Below, one piece after another: positions 42,936 to 53,479 of a DNA stretch of 64,000 nucleotides. How positions within the stretch are numbered: the first letter of the stretch is position 1; each line of letters begins with the position of its first letter. The notes below the pieces were generated by a model that saw only the letters and a list, made by a program, of their open reading frames with translations, did not search any database and was not told the origin of the DNA. Source of the stretch: Chitinophagaceae bacterium (lineage in GTDB: Bacteria; Bacteroidota; Bacteroidia; Chitinophagales; Chitinophagaceae); assembly GCA_049421765.1 (NCBI GenBank), contig JBMSNP010000006.1, positions 2,712-66,711 of the forward strand, read 5' to 3'. The translations under genes and the position numbers were made by a program.

Positions 42936-44528
42936 CTAGCGGGAAAGCGTTTCTATCGCTTTCCGTATCGCGGGATCCTTTGAGTTCATGACTTCGAAAT
43001 ATCCCGAATTCCGCCATTTGAACCGGGCCAGAAGCGCGATCATCCGGAGCCGGAGGTTTTCCTTTTCTGCCTGACTCAGGCCTGTGGTACGGAGTGAATC
43101 CCCGGCGGACTCCTTCTCCAGTCCTTCCCAAAGCGATGTCCCGGGAAACCGGCTGGTAAACTCTGACACCGAACGATAACCGGCCATTTCGTTCCGGTGC
43201 CGGAGATAATAATTGTAAACATAGCTGTTCAGCCGGGTGCCTTCCAGCCATTTGTTGATATTGTCGTAACGCAAAGAAGTGTCCAGGGGTACAAAAATAT
43301 CCGGGGTGATCCCGTCACCGTCGTAAAGCGTGTCCTTGCAGTTGTTGAAGAACATCTTTCCGTTATTATGATTTCTCACAGAATCCCTGGAATACATTTC
43401 CCCGCTGCTGTAACGTTCCCACATTTCATCCATATAAACTTTTTTCCCCTTGGCATAGGAGCGCTGGATGCTCCGCCCCAGCGGGGTATAATACCGTGCG
43501 ATGGTCAGCCGGATGGCAGCCCCGTCGCTGAGTGTGTATTGTTCCTGGACCAGCCCTTTCCCGAAAGTCCGCCGTCCCACAATTCGTGCCCGGCACCAGT
43601 CCTGCAGGGCACCCGCAAGGACTTCGCTGGCGCTGGCCGACAGTTCATCAACCAAAAGCACCAGTTTCCCATTCTCAAAAAGACCGGGTCTTTTACAGCG
43701 GTAATCCCTTTTTTTGGTGTTCACTCCCTGCATGTAAACAACCAGTTTTTCCCCGTCGAGGAATTCATCGGCCATGTCCACCGCTTCATTCATAAATCCG
43801 CCCCCGTTTCCGCGGAGGTCCAGGATCAGTTTGTCAATTCCTTCTTTTGTCTGGGCCTCCAGCGCGGCCATGAATTCTTCATAGCTGTTCTCGGTAAACC
43901 GGTTCAGCCTGATATAACCCGTTTTCGGAGCGATCAGGTAATTGGCATCCACGGCAGAAACCGGGATGGTCCCCCGGGTAACGGTGATGGTCAGGGGTTT
44001 TCCATCACGCAAAACCTGCAGAACGGCCTGGGAGCCTTTGGGCCCCCGTATAAATTTTTTGATTTCCGTGGTATTAAATCCCTTTCCGGTAAGGGCCGTC
44101 TCATTCACTTTTGTGATCCGGTCGCCCACACTAAGACCCGCTTTTTCACTGGGACCGCCCGGGATCACGTATACCACATTCACGGTATCCCGGAACAGGT
44201 TAAATTCCACCCCGATCCCCTGAAAATTGCCTGCAAGGTCCTCGTTGGCCTCTTTTAACTCCACAGGGGGCAGGTATACCGAATGGGGATCAAGTTCGGA
44301 CATCATTTCCTGGATGGCTTTTCCCTCCAGGGAGTCGATATGCACCGAGTCCACATACCGGAACCGGATCAGGTCCAGGGCCTCCTGCAATGAACTGCGT
44401 CTGTTGGAGGAAAAAAAACCTTCCTTGCCGCCCTTGCCGTTCAACCGGTAGCCCAGGAGCATACCCAGTATCATTACGATCGAAAAAAGCAGGGGTAGCC
44501 ATACCTGCAATTTTTTATTCCCCGTCAT
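42936..44528 (-). CDS. ctp: S41 carboxyl-terminal processing peptidase with PDZ domain
   Basis: 530 aa. N-terminal TM, PDZ (…GPSEKAGLSVGDRITKVNE…), catalytic ...VDELSASASEVLAGALQD... and ...GRRTFGKGLVQ. Confidence 0.9.
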   Translation of the reverse strand: MTGNKKLQVWLPLLFSIVMILGMLLGYRLNGKGGKEGFFSSNRRSSLQEALDLIRFRYVDSVHIDSLEGKAIQEMMSELDPHSVYLPPVELKEANEDLAGNFQGIGVEFNLFRDTVNVVYVIPGGPSEKAGLSVGDRITKVNETALTGKGFNTTEIKKFIRGPKGSQAVLQVLRDGKPLTITVTRGTIPVSAVDANYLIAPKTGYIRLNRFTENSYEEFMAALEAQTKEGIDKLILDLRGNGGGFMNEAVDMADEFLDGEKLVVYMQGVNTKKRDYRCKRPGLFENGKLVLLVDELSASASEVLAGALQDWCRARIVGRRTFGKGLVQEQYTLSDGAAIRLTIARYYTPLGRSIQRSYAKGKKVYMDEMWERYSSGEMYSRDSVRNHNNGKMFFNNCKDTLYDGDGITPDIFVPLDTSLRYDNINKWLEGTRLNSYVYNYYLRHRNEMAGYRSVSEFTSRFPGTSLWEGLEKESAGDSLRTTGLSQAEKENLRLRMIALLARFKWRNSGYFEVMNSKDPAIRKAIETLSR

Positions 44529-44671
44529 GTTTTATTACGTAATTTGATGCAAATTAATAGAATTATTGCCGGTTTCAGATTTCCGTTTATCGGGTTCACT
44601 GATTCCTTTTTAGAACCAGGGTTCTCAAAAGGTCCGTATCAAAATCGGCAATATGATCCGGAACCATCATC

Positions 44672-45514
44672 ATGCCATCGATCAGATTAATAGCCGACAG
44701 CGGGGCCACCAAAACCGAATGGTGTTTGCTGGGGAAAGGCAAACGCAAAACCATCATTACGCAGGGGATCAGTCCTTACTTTCTGAACACGGAGCAGATA
44801 GCAGACCTTTTATCAAAGGAATTGAAACCAAAGCTCAGGCAGGTGCCTGTGGCAGAGATATATTATTACGGAACCGGTTGTGCCAACCCGTTAAATGTGA
44901 AATCCGTTAAAAAAGCCCTGCTAAAAGTTTTTCCAGATTCCCGGGCCGAAGTAACACACGACCTGATGGGTGCGGCCCGGTCGCTCTGTGGCCGGAACAA
45001 GGGTATCGCATGTATCCTGGGCACGGGGTCCAATTCCTGCTATTACGACGGTAAACGCATTGTCCGGAACAGCCCGGGGTTGGGTTATGTGCTCGGAGAT
45101 GAAGGCAGCGGTGCTTACCTGGGTAAAAAAGTGATCCAGTATTATCTCTATGGCACTTTTGACGATGAACTCCGGGGAAGATTCGACCTGACCTATACCA
45201 CCACGGCCACGGAAATCCTCGAAAACGTTTACAAGAAACCCCTGCCAAACCGTTACCTGGCGGGATTTACCAGGTTCCTGGCTGAAAACAGGGGACATTA
45301 CATGATCGAGAATATCATTGAGGACGGGCTGAATGATTTTTTCTTCAACCATCTTTGCAAATACCGCGAAATCTGGACCATGCCGGTAGGATTCACCGGG
45401 GGCGTGGCTTTTGGTTTTAAGGATGTGTTGCAGCAACTTTGCGCCAGCTACGAATTTGAACTGGGCCCAGTAACCCGAAGCCCCATGGAAGGACTGATCG
45501 CGTATCATAGTTAA
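44672..45514 (+). CDS. BadF/BadG/BcrA/BcrD-type ATPase (N-acetylglucosamine kinase-like)
   Basis: 280 aa. LIADSGATKTEW (phosphate-1), ...CILGTGSNS..., ...LGYVLGDEGSGAYLG... Sits directly upstream of murQ. Confidence 0.8.
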   Translation: MPSIRLIADSGATKTEWCLLGKGKRKTIITQGISPYFLNTEQIADLLSKELKPKLRQVPVAEIYYYGTGCANPLNVKSVKKALLKVFPDSRAEVTHDLMGAARSLCGRNKGIACILGTGSNSCYYDGKRIVRNSPGLGYVLGDEGSGAYLGKKVIQYYLYGTFDDELRGRFDLTYTTTATEILENVYKKPLPNRYLAGFTRFLAENRGHYMIENIIEDGLNDFFFNHLCKYREIWTMPVGFTGGVAFGFKDVLQQLCASYEFELGPVTRSPMEGLIAYHS

Positions 45515-45527
45515 AACCTCAAGCCGC

Positions 45528-46361
45528 ATGGCATTTGAAAAAATATCGGAACAGCCCAGTCATTACCGGCACCTGGAAAAGATGTCAGTGGGAGAGATAC
45601 TGAAAAACATCAATGCGGAGGACCAGGTAGTTCCCGCGGCGGTTGAACGTTCCATTCCCCAGATCGAGAAACTCGTGGAGATCGCTTCGGACAAAATGCT
45701 GATGGGCGGCCGGCTATTTTATATCGGGGCCGGTACCAGCGGCCGACTCGGGATTGTGGATGCCAGCGAATGCCCTCCAACTTACGGGGTCCCTTACGGA
45801 CTTGTAATCGGGATCATCGCCGGAGGCGAAAAAGCCATCACTACGGCAGTTGAATTTGCTGAGGATGATAAGACCCAGGGATGGAAAGACCTGCTTGAGC
45901 ACAAGGTAGGCCCCCAGGATGTCGTGATCGGGATCGCTGCCAGCGGAACCACACCGTATGTGATCGGGGGTTTGGAAGAATGCCGGAAAAGAGGGATTGT
46001 TACGGGAAGCATTTCCTGCAATCCAGGCTCCCCGGTGAGTGCTGCGGCTGATTACCCGATCGAAGTGGTGGTGGGACCCGAGTTCGTAACCGGGAGCACC
46101 CGGATGAAAAGCGGCACCGCCCAGAAACTTGTACTGAATATGATCTCCACCACCATCATGATCCAGCTTGGAAGGGTGGAGGACAATAAAATGGTGAATA
46201 TGCAGCTGACCAATGACAAATTGGTTGACCGCGGAACCCGGATGCTGATGGAGCGGATCAGCGAAACTGATTATAACAAGGCCAGGGATTTGCTCCTGGC
46301 TTATGGCAGCGTAAAAAAAGCCGCTGATTCGGTGACCAGATCCGGGCACCCCGGCACCTGA
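45528..46361 (+). CDS. murQ: N-acetylmuramic acid 6-phosphate etherase
   Basis: SIS domain ...GGRLFYIGAGTSGRLGIVDASECPPTYGV..., ...GIAASGTTPYV..., ...TGSTRMKSGTAQK. Confidence 0.92.
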   Translation: MAFEKISEQPSHYRHLEKMSVGEILKNINAEDQVVPAAVERSIPQIEKLVEIASDKMLMGGRLFYIGAGTSGRLGIVDASECPPTYGVPYGLVIGIIAGGEKAITTAVEFAEDDKTQGWKDLLEHKVGPQDVVIGIAASGTTPYVIGGLEECRKRGIVTGSISCNPGSPVSAAADYPIEVVVGPEFVTGSTRMKSGTAQKLVLNMISTTIMIQLGRVEDNKMVNMQLTNDKLVDRGTRMLMERISETDYNKARDLLLAYGSVKKAADSVTRSGHPGT

Positions 46362-46422
46362 AACCTCCCTGCACAGCCCTTTTCTGTAACGGCTTTTTTT
46401 ATTCTTAATTTTGAAGCTGCAT

Positions 46423-46989
46423 ATGCAGGACATCGAACCGTATTATAACTGGCGTCACATCTACATAAGCGAGGAAGACAACCGGTCTCCCTTTTACGGG
46501 CGGACCTATTCGGAGTTTGAATTTTCCCTGACGGTTTACAATTATTACATACACCCCCAATGGGATGATTTTGGCAGCCGCACCCTGTACCTGAAAGTGC
46601 TGCTGGCCGATTACGATGAGAAATACGCGGTCATTGAACTGATCGGGGAATGGAACGACGCGATCGAGAATGATATCATGGAACTAAAAAGGGAGGTCCT
46701 TGAAAAATTCATGGATGAGGGGATCTGGAAATTTATCCTGATCGGGGAGAATGTCCTCAATTTCCACAGCGACGGCAGGGAGTATTATGAGGAGCTCTTT
46801 GAGGAGGTGACGGATGAGAACGGATGGGTGGTTTGTTTAAATATGCCGGAGCAAACACAGTATGATTTTAAACGCGCACGTCTGAACCAGTTCGTGGAAC
46901 TGATGGAACTCGAACATTGGAGAACATATAAGCCCTTTCATTTGTTTAAGAAAATAGACAATGAACTGACGGCAAGACTGCATGACTGA
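46423..46989 (+). CDS. Conserved-looking hypothetical protein
   Basis: ORF-track TTG 46411 trimmed to ATG 46423 (MQDIEPYYNWRHIY...). 188 aa, acidic. No motif that I can name with confidence. Confidence 0.55.
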   Translation: MQDIEPYYNWRHIYISEEDNRSPFYGRTYSEFEFSLTVYNYYIHPQWDDFGSRTLYLKVLLADYDEKYAVIELIGEWNDAIENDIMELKREVLEKFMDEGIWKFILIGENVLNFHSDGREYYEELFEEVTDENGWVVCLNMPEQTQYDFKRARLNQFVELMELEHWRTYKPFHLFKKIDNELTARLHD

Positions 46990-47018
46990 ACCCGGTTTTC
47001 CCTGCCGATGTGATATAT

Positions 47019-47041
47019 ATCAGTCAAAACTTTTGACTGAT
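47019..47041. promoter_or_regulatory. Perfect 11-bp inverted repeat upstream of sdhCAB (terminator or operator)
   Basis: ATCAGTCAAAA-C-TTTTGACTGAT. Lies 30 nt after the stop of 46423..46989 and 59 nt before the sdhC ATG. Confidence 0.6.
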
Positions 47042-47057
47042 TTTGGCGCCCGGGTAG

Positions 47058-47065
47058 TATTTTTG
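47058..47065 (+). promoter_or_regulatory. Candidate -7 promoter box for sdhCAB
   Basis: TATTTTTG fits the Bacteroidota TAnnTTTG consensus, 35 nt upstream of ATG 47100. No good -33 element at canonical spacing. Confidence 0.3.
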
Positions 47066-47099
47066 CCGAAACCCGATTACTTCTCATACAACTGTATTT

Positions 47100-47771
47100 A
47101 TGAAATGGTCTGAAATGTTCACTTCTTCGGTCGGTAAAAAGTGGGTGATGGCGCTGACGGGTATTTTTCTTATTCTTTTTTTGGTGGTGCATGTAAGCCT
47201 CAATGCCTGTATCTGGGCCAATGACGGCGGCGAAATGTTCAACAAGGGCGCCCATTTTATGGGCTCCACGATCGTTCCTCGTATCCTGGAGATCGGCCTG
47301 ATGGCCGGCTTCCTGCTGCATATTATCCAGGGGATCCTGCTGGAACTTCAGAATCGCAGCAAGCGGAAAAAGGGATATGCCGTAACGATGGGTAACAAAG
47401 GGAGCAAATGGTACAGCCGGAGCATGGGTCTCCTGGGCACCCTGGTGCTGATCTTTCTCGTCATTCACATGGTTCATTTCTGGATCCCCAACCGTTCCAA
47501 CCAGGGCTGGTTGCTCGGGGAGGAAATTAATCTCTATGAAAGGATGAAATTGGTATTTCAGGAGGAATGGGTGGTGGCCGTTTACCTGTTTGGCTGCATT
47601 TCTCTGGCCTGGCACCTGTTGCATGGTTTCCAAAGTGCGTTCCGGACACTCGGGGTCACACACTCCAGGTACCTCTCATTACTAAACGGGATCGGGATCT
47701 GTTTTTCCATTCTCGTTCCCCTGGCATTTGCCCTCATGCCTTTGAGTTTTTACCTGGGCTGGCTGCAGTAA
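47100..47771 (+). CDS. sdhC: Succinate dehydrogenase/fumarate reductase cytochrome b subunit (b558 family)
   Basis: 223 aa, five TM helices with conserved His (…FLVVHVSLN…, …LLHIIQG…, …FLVIHMVHFW…, …AWHLLHGF…). First gene of the three-gene sdh operon. Confidence 0.9.
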   Translation: MKWSEMFTSSVGKKWVMALTGIFLILFLVVHVSLNACIWANDGGEMFNKGAHFMGSTIVPRILEIGLMAGFLLHIIQGILLELQNRSKRKKGYAVTMGNKGSKWYSRSMGLLGTLVLIFLVIHMVHFWIPNRSNQGWLLGEEINLYERMKLVFQEEWVVAVYLFGCISLAWHLLHGFQSAFRTLGVTHSRYLSLLNGIGICFSILVPLAFALMPLSFYLGWLQ

Positions 47772-47835
47772 ACCGCAAACCAAAATATTCAAGCCCGGTA
47801 ATGAATGAACCGGGCCGGATCATAAATAAGAACTT

Positions 47836-49812
47836 ATGCTGGATTCAAAAATTCCCGCCGGACGATTAGAAGACAAATGGACCGATTACAAAGGCCATGT
47901 GAAACTTGTGAACCCCGCCAACAAACGAAAACTGGAAGTGATTGTGGTGGGTACCGGTCTTGCGGGCGCTTCGGCAGCCGCATCCCTTGGTGAGTTGGGA
48001 TATAAGGTTAAGGCATTCTGTTTCCAGGATTCACCACGCCGGGCACACAGTATTGCGGCACAGGGAGGGATCAATGCCGCCAAGAATTACCAGAATGACG
48101 GCGACTCCGTATTTCGCCTGTTTTACGATACAGTGAAAGGCGGTGATTACAGGGCGCGGGAAGCCAATGTACACCGGCTGGCGGAAGTAAGTGTGAATAT
48201 CATCGATCAGTGTGTTGCGCAGGGAGTTCCCTTTGCCCGGGAATACGGAGGTTTGCTCAATAACCGTTCCTTTGGGGGAACACAGGTACAGCGAACCTTT
48301 TACGCGGCCGGGCAAACCGGCCAGCAGTTGCTTATCGGCGCATACCAGGCCATGGAAAGACAGGTGGCACTTGGCAATGTGCATATGTATGCCCGTCATG
48401 AAATGCTGGAAGTGGTGATCATCGACGGGAAAGCCCGGGGAATCATCTGCCGGAACCTGGTCACGGGGGAACTGGAAAGACATTTCGGGCATGCCGTCCT
48501 TTTATGCTCCGGTGGCTACGGAAACGTTTTTTATCTCTCCACAAATGCCATGGGAAGTAATGTTACCGCTATCTGGAAAGCACATAAAAAAGGAGCTTTT
48601 TTCGGAAACCCATGTTTTACACAGATCCATCCTACCTGTATCCCGGTGAGCGGAGATCACCAGAGCAAACTCACGCTCATGTCTGAATCCTTGCGGAATG
48701 ACGGCCGGATCTGGGTCCCGAAGAAAAAAGATGAAACCCGTAAGCCGAATGATATCCCCGAAGAAGACCGGGATTATTATCTTGAAAGAAGGTACCCTGC
48801 ATTTGGTAACCTGGTGCCGCGTGATGTGGCCTCCCGGGCGGCCAAGGAAAGATGTGATGCGGGATACGGCGTGGGCACCACCAAGCAGGCGGTCTACCTC
48901 GATTTCAAATACAACCTCATCAACAAATACGGAAAGGCGGAAGCCAACAAACAGGGAATTGAAAACCCGGATACGGAAACCCTGATCCGGCTGGGCAAGG
49001 AAGTGGTGAAGGAAGAATATGGCAACCTTTTCGACATGTACGAAAAGATCACCGGAGAAAACCCCTACGAAGTCCCGATGCGGATTTACCCCGCCGTACA
49101 CTACACGATGGGCGGTCTCTGGGTGGATTATGAACTGATGACAAACATCAGGGGTCTTTATGCCCTCGGCGAAGCCAATTTCAGCGATCACGGTGCGAAC
49201 AGGCTTGGTGCCTCTGCCCTTATGCAGGGGCTGGCCGACGGCTATTTTGTGATTCCTTATACGATCGGGAATTACCTGGCCGATGATATCGCCACCAAGC
49301 CTATCCCGCTGACCCATGAAGCATTTGAACAGGCCGAGAAGTCTGTTGCCGACCGGATACAAACCCTGATAAATATCAAGGGCAGCCAAACCGTTGAAAG
49401 TTTTCACAAGCGGCTGGGCAAGATCATGTGGGAGAAATGCGGGATGGCGAGAAATGCAAAGGGACTCCAGGAAGCCATTGCCGAGATCCGGGAACTCCGT
49501 GCCGAATTCTGGAAGGACGTACGGATCCCCGGTGGTATCCGGGAAATGAATCCTGAACTAGACAAGGCCGGCCGCGTGGCTGATTTTATCGAACTGGGCG
49601 AACTGATGTGCCAGGATGCGCTTAACCGCAACGAAAGCTGCGGAGGGCATTTTCGCGAGGAAAGCCAGACTGAGGAAGGGGAGGCAAAAAGGGATGATGA
49701 GAATTATTCCTACGTGGCTACCTGGGAGTATAAAGGGGAAAGCGAATGGCAATTGCATAAGGAAGACCTGACCTTTGATGTGGCAAAACCCACCCAGCGT
49801 TCTTATAAATAA
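47836..49812 (+). CDS. sdhA: Succinate dehydrogenase/fumarate reductase flavoprotein subunit
   Basis: 658 aa. FAD fold [14 protein letters not shown], covalent-FAD His context ...[14 protein letters not shown]..., ...HPTCIP..., ...[10 protein letters not shown]..., ...[10 protein letters not shown]. Confidence 0.96.
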   Translation: MLDSKIPAGRLEDKWTDYKGHVKLVNPANKRKLEVIVVGTGLAGASAAASLGELGYKVKAFCFQDSPRRAHSIAAQGGINAAKNYQNDGDSVFRLFYDTVKGGDYRAREANVHRLAEVSVNIIDQCVAQGVPFAREYGGLLNNRSFGGTQVQRTFYAAGQTGQQLLIGAYQAMERQVALGNVHMYARHEMLEVVIIDGKARGIICRNLVTGELERHFGHAVLLCSGGYGNVFYLSTNAMGSNVTAIWKAHKKGAFFGNPCFTQIHPTCIPVSGDHQSKLTLMSESLRNDGRIWVPKKKDETRKPNDIPEEDRDYYLERRYPAFGNLVPRDVASRAAKERCDAGYGVGTTKQAVYLDFKYNLINKYGKAEANKQGIENPDTETLIRLGKEVVKEEYGNLFDMYEKITGENPYEVPMRIYPAVHYTMGGLWVDYELMTNIRGLYALGEANFSDHGANRLGASALMQGLADGYFVIPYTIGNYLADDIATKPIPLTHEAFEQAEKSVADRIQTLINIKGSQTVESFHKRLGKIMWEKCGMARNAKGLQEAIAEIRELRAEFWKDVRIPGGIREMNPELDKAGRVADFIELGELMCQDALNRNESCGGHFREESQTEEGEAKRDDENYSYVATWEYKGESEWQLHKEDLTFDVAKPTQRSYK

Positions 49813-49856
49813 TTTCAAAGCATGCAAGCCGGTTACGGCTGTAAAAACGAGCATAT

Positions 49857-50618
49857 ATGGAGCATTACATGATGAACCTTACGCTGAAAGTCTGGAGACA
49901 AAAAAGTGCGAATGACCCGGGACGGTTTGAGACCTATCCCGTAAAAAACATTTCCTCCGAAATGTCTTTCCTTGAAATGTTTGATGTTCTCAACGAGGAA
50001 CTGATCCGGGATGGGAAGGAACCGATCGCGTTTGACCATGATTGCCGTGAGGGCATCTGCGGTACCTGTTCCATGTACATCAACGGGCGGCCCCACGGAC
50101 CCTGGCATGCCAATACCACCTGCCAGCTTCACATGCGGGCATACAAGGACGGGGATACCATTGTGGTAGAGCCCTGGAGGGCCAATGCATTTCCTGTGAT
50201 CAAGGACCTGATGGTAGACCGCTCCGCTTTTGACCGGATCATTCAGGCGGGTGGATTTATTTCGGTTAATACCGGGAATGCCGTCGACGCCAATGCGATC
50301 CCTGTTGAAAAAGACAAAGCTGATGCTGCTTTTGCCGCTGCGGCCTGTATCGGCTGCGGGGCCTGCGTGGCTGCCTGTAAGAATTCATCGGCCCTGCTTT
50401 TTGTTTCCGCCAAGGTTTCCCACCTGGCCCTTCTTCCGCAGGGAAATCCCGAAAGAAGCACCCGCGCGATGAATATGGTCGCCCAGATGGACAAGGAAGG
50501 CTTTGGCGCCTGTACGAATACAGGTGCCTGTGAAGCGGTTTGCCCGAAGGAAATATCGATCACCAATATTGCCCGACTCAACCGGGAGTATATATTCGCC
50601 GCCGCTTCATCCGAATAA
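49857..50618 (+). CDS. sdhB: Succinate dehydrogenase/fumarate reductase iron-sulfur subunit
   Basis: 2Fe-2[18 protein letters not shown]...C, 4Fe-4S/3Fe-4[12 protein letters not shown] and [12 protein letters not shown]. Alternative ATGs at 49869/49872. Confidence 0.95.
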   Translation: MEHYMMNLTLKVWRQKSANDPGRFETYPVKNISSEMSFLEMFDVLNEELIRDGKEPIAFDHDCREGICGTCSMYINGRPHGPWHANTTCQLHMRAYKDGDTIVVEPWRANAFPVIKDLMVDRSAFDRIIQAGGFISVNTGNAVDANAIPVEKDKADAAFAAAACIGCGACVAACKNSSALLFVSAKVSHLALLPQGNPERSTRAMNMVAQMDKEGFGACTNTGACEAVCPKEISITNIARLNREYIFAAASSE

Positions 50619-50638
50619 TGATCACATAGGAACCCAGG

Positions 50639-51172
50639 TCAGAAAAGCCAGTTGCCGCCTATCGAAAAAGCAGCAAGCCAGTCGGCCCCAGATTCCCTGG
50701 TAAGTTTGAATGAGGGAGTTAATCCTGTTCTTTTTCCTGTAAGATAGGTGCCCGAAAGGGTTGTTCCGATATTGAAACGGGTTGACCCGTTATAGAATCC
50801 CAGTCCCGGCCCGGCCGCCAGGCTGAGAAATACCTTTTTCTGGAACCGGAATTGGAATCCGCCATAGGTGTGTACCAGTCCATACCCTGAATACTTAAAC
50901 GGGTAACCGCCGGTATTTACGTTTTTACCGAAATAATAATCTCCCCCCGCATCCAGCAGGAAACTCATCCTCTTCTTTGGCTTTAGGGTCTGCTTTCCGA
51001 AACGATGTTTGCTGTATTGAACTCCTGCGCCGATACCCGGGAAATGAGATCGGGAAAAAATCCCCACAGGCAGATCGATACCCGCACGTGCATTCCAGGA
51101 ATAGGTTTTTTGTTGGGCAGCGAGGGGACCTGTAAGCAGGAAAAACAGAAATATCAGGCAATTCCGGATCAT
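50639..51172 (-). CDS. Small predicted outer-membrane beta-barrel protein
   Basis: Signal MIRNCLIFLFFLLTGPLAAQQ when started at ATG 51172. The upstream ATG 51202 would overlap the preceding stop as ATGA. Gly/aromatic-rich alternating strands, C-terminal ...GGNWLF. Confidence 0.6.
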   Translation of the reverse strand: MIRNCLIFLFFLLTGPLAAQQKTYSWNARAGIDLPVGIFSRSHFPGIGAGVQYSKHRFGKQTLKPKKRMSFLLDAGGDYYFGKNVNTGGYPFKYSGYGLVHTYGGFQFRFQKKVFLSLAAGPGLGFYNGSTRFNIGTTLSGTYLTGKRTGLTPSFKLTRESGADWLAAFSIGGNWLF

Positions 51173-51198
51173 GTCAGTCTTGGACAGGTGATGGGAAA

Positions 51199-53367
51199 TC
51201 ATCGGATCAAAATAAAGGTACCCCTTCGTTCCACCCGTTTATTGTTTGCGTTGTTCAAAACTTTCAGTACCCATACATATGCGCCCGAATCCTGCCAAAC
51301 TTCATTCAGTTTCCCATTCCATCCTTTATCGGGATCGCTGGTGGTAAATACCCGGTGTCCCCAGCGGTTGTAGATGCTGAACTCCTGCAGGGTAAATGTT
51401 CGGGGAATGAAGGGGCGAAACAGGTCGTTTCGTCCGTCATTATTAGGGGTAAAACCACCCGGTACATAAATATCGTTGAAGTCGTCCGGTAGAAGCACGG
51501 TGATGCGCACCGTATCCTCACTCCGGCAATTGGCGGCGTTGGTAGCTGTTACCCGGTACAAGGTTGTTTCCTTGGGTTTGGCCACCGGGCTGCGGACCTG
51601 GCTGCTATTGAGACCGGTGGAAGGTGTCCATGAATAGTTTGCGGGCGGACCGGTAGTGGTCAATGTGATCGACTCCCCGTAGTTGATGGTTTGTGAAGGG
51701 ATCGTCCGGATGATAAAATTTTGTACCGTTACGGGAATCGTCACCGAATCATCAAAACAAGGAGAACCCGTCAGTACTTTCAGTTTTACATTATACGAGC
51801 CGTCGCTGCCAAATGTGTGCAGGGGATGTACATCTGTGGATGTATTCCCATCTCCAAAATCCCACAGATAGCTGATCCCAGGTTGCTGGATTCCGGAGCT
51901 TAGGTTGGTGAAGCGGTAGTATCCGGAATCACATATGTTCAGGAAGGTAAAGTCTATGGTTCCGGCTTCGAATCCAGAGGGGAAAACCTGCCTCGTGCGG
52001 CTGATTTTTCCGCATGCAGAAAGGGATGTGATCGTGAGCCGGACTTTATAGATCTGGTTGGGATTGGCAAATGTATGAACGGGATTTTGCAGGTTGGAGG
52101 TATTGCCATCACCGAAATCCCACTGCCAGCTGATTATAGGTGGCAGGTTGGTGTTGGCGGTGAACTGTACTTCGCCGGTACAGTTGTCAAGAATATTGTA
52201 TTCGAAACCGTTTTGGGGTGTCCCGACAATGTCGTTAATATGCGAAGGCAATCCAATCGAAGCCGAACCGGGTGTGAGATCGATAACGTTTTCACGAAAC
52301 CCGCAGGCAGCCCCTTTCAGGTTGGGATAATTGATAACGGCGAGCATGACCCCTGCCTGCGTGAGATAAATTTTTTCATCAACGGCCATTTGGATATCAT
52401 AGTATGATACTGAGGTCGGAAAACTCACCCGGGATGCTCCGATTGCAGCCGCTGTGGGCAGGGTGATCTCCAGTTGATCCAGGGCATTGTCTTCCTTCCG
52501 TGTCGCATACAACATCTTTGAATCAGGTGAAAATTCACAATGGTTGTATTTTGTCTGGGGAAGAGAAATCAGTTTGGCATTACTCAACACCCCGGTGGCA
52601 TTGTCGAAGTCAAACAGCTGTAAAAAATTGGATAACGGGTCACCCGGTCCTGGAAATTGTGTCTGGCAAATGTATTTGCCATCCGGGCTGGCTTTCATGA
52701 CTCCCACATTCGACAGTGCGTGCTGGTTAACTGTGATCCCGACCGTGGAAACCACCGGGGTGGCCTGTAGCCCGTTGCAGTCGATCAGCCAGGCGCGGAA
52801 TATATTGGATTCGCTGTCGTTGGTGATCAGCCAAACATATACACCGTTGGCGTGCCGGACGGCTGTCAATCTCTCGGTACAGGATGCCCAGAGCAGGTTG
52901 TCCTTGCTGGTCACCATGCCATTTCCTCCAGCAAGCGACATGTCTACGATGGAATACCGGTAGCCGGCCAGGAAATCATTTTCAAATGCATCAGCCGTGA
53001 AAATATAAAACAGGTCCGGGTTTCCGGGGTGGGGTACAATGCTCATCTGGCAGGCAGAGATATTTCCACCGAGGTTATTGCCATTGCTCATGACCTGGTG
53101 GTTGCGGTCAAATACCTGCACTCCGTTTGAATAGAAAAGGAGGTTTCCGCTGGCATCTGAAATAGAAGCGGATGCTTCGGAGGAGATCAGCATTCCGTCG
53201 CTGAGTACACGTGGTGTATTCGGGGTACCGGTGACATCGAAATTCAATCCGGCCTTCCTGCCAAAATACCAGTTATTATCAAACTGGGAACGGGCGGATA
53301 CAAATACAGTAAAAAACAACCCGGTTAAAACTAGTCGCCTGTACGTATTCATTTTTTGCCAATTCAT
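51199..53367 (-). CDS. T9SS type-B C-terminal-domain (gliding-motility-associated CTD) surface protein with beta-propeller-like N-domain and PKD-like repeats
   Basis: C-terminus ...YVPGGFTPNNDGRNDLFRPF...FSIYNRWGHRVF...GWNG...G.YVW... is the type-B sorting-domain signature. Three WDFGDGNTS-type PKD repeats. ORF-track start 53664 trimmed to ATG 53367/53352 (signal ...RRLVLTGLFFTVFVSARSQ). Confidence 0.85.
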   Translation of the reverse strand: MNWQKMNTYRRLVLTGLFFTVFVSARSQFDNNWYFGRKAGLNFDVTGTPNTPRVLSDGMLISSEASASISDASGNLLFYSNGVQVFDRNHQVMSNGNNLGGNISACQMSIVPHPGNPDLFYIFTADAFENDFLAGYRYSIVDMSLAGGNGMVTSKDNLLWASCTERLTAVRHANGVYVWLITNDSESNIFRAWLIDCNGLQATPVVSTVGITVNQHALSNVGVMKASPDGKYICQTQFPGPGDPLSNFLQLFDFDNATGVLSNAKLISLPQTKYNHCEFSPDSKMLYATRKEDNALDQLEITLPTAAAIGASRVSFPTSVSYYDIQMAVDEKIYLTQAGVMLAVINYPNLKGAACGFRENVIDLTPGSASIGLPSHINDIVGTPQNGFEYNILDNCTGEVQFTANTNLPPIISWQWDFGDGNTSNLQNPVHTFANPNQIYKVRLTITSLSACGKISRTRQVFPSGFEAGTIDFTFLNICDSGYYRFTNLSSGIQQPGISYLWDFGDGNTSTDVHPLHTFGSDGSYNVKLKVLTGSPCFDDSVTIPVTVQNFIIRTIPSQTINYGESITLTTTGPPANYSWTPSTGLNSSQVRSPVAKPKETTLYRVTATNAANCRSEDTVRITVLLPDDFNDIYVPGGFTPNNDGRNDLFRPFIPRTFTLQEFSIYNRWGHRVFTTSDPDKGWNGKLNEVWQDSGAYVWVLKVLNNANNKRVERRGTFILIR

Positions 53368-53479
53368 AGTTTTCGATCCGGGGTAAAAGCTGTCAGGGTT
53401 TTTCAGGAATTGCCACCAACTGTATACCTTCACACAATAAAACAGCGAATTTAGCGATTTTGAATTAAAATGACTGTTA

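Noticed and set aside
43197-44258. 353-aa + strand ORF antisense to the S41 peptidase. Similar cases are 48502..49407 in sdhA, 45714..46433 in murQ, 46938..47663 in sdhC, 36400..37044 in fbaB, 5859..6470 in the cyclase, 56027..56680 and 55124..55660 in the 1158-aa gene, and 15187..15864 in the phosphoesterase.
   Set aside because: All are shadow ORFs opposite genes with strong family signatures. None shows a signal peptide, catalytic motif or plausible start context.
44612-44625. AGAACC-AG-GGTTCT palindrome upstream of the sugar-kinase/murQ pair as a MurR-type operator.
   Set aside because: There are only 6-bp arms, no regulator gene is nearby, and the palindrome is easily explained by chance. 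It is too weak to report as a feature.
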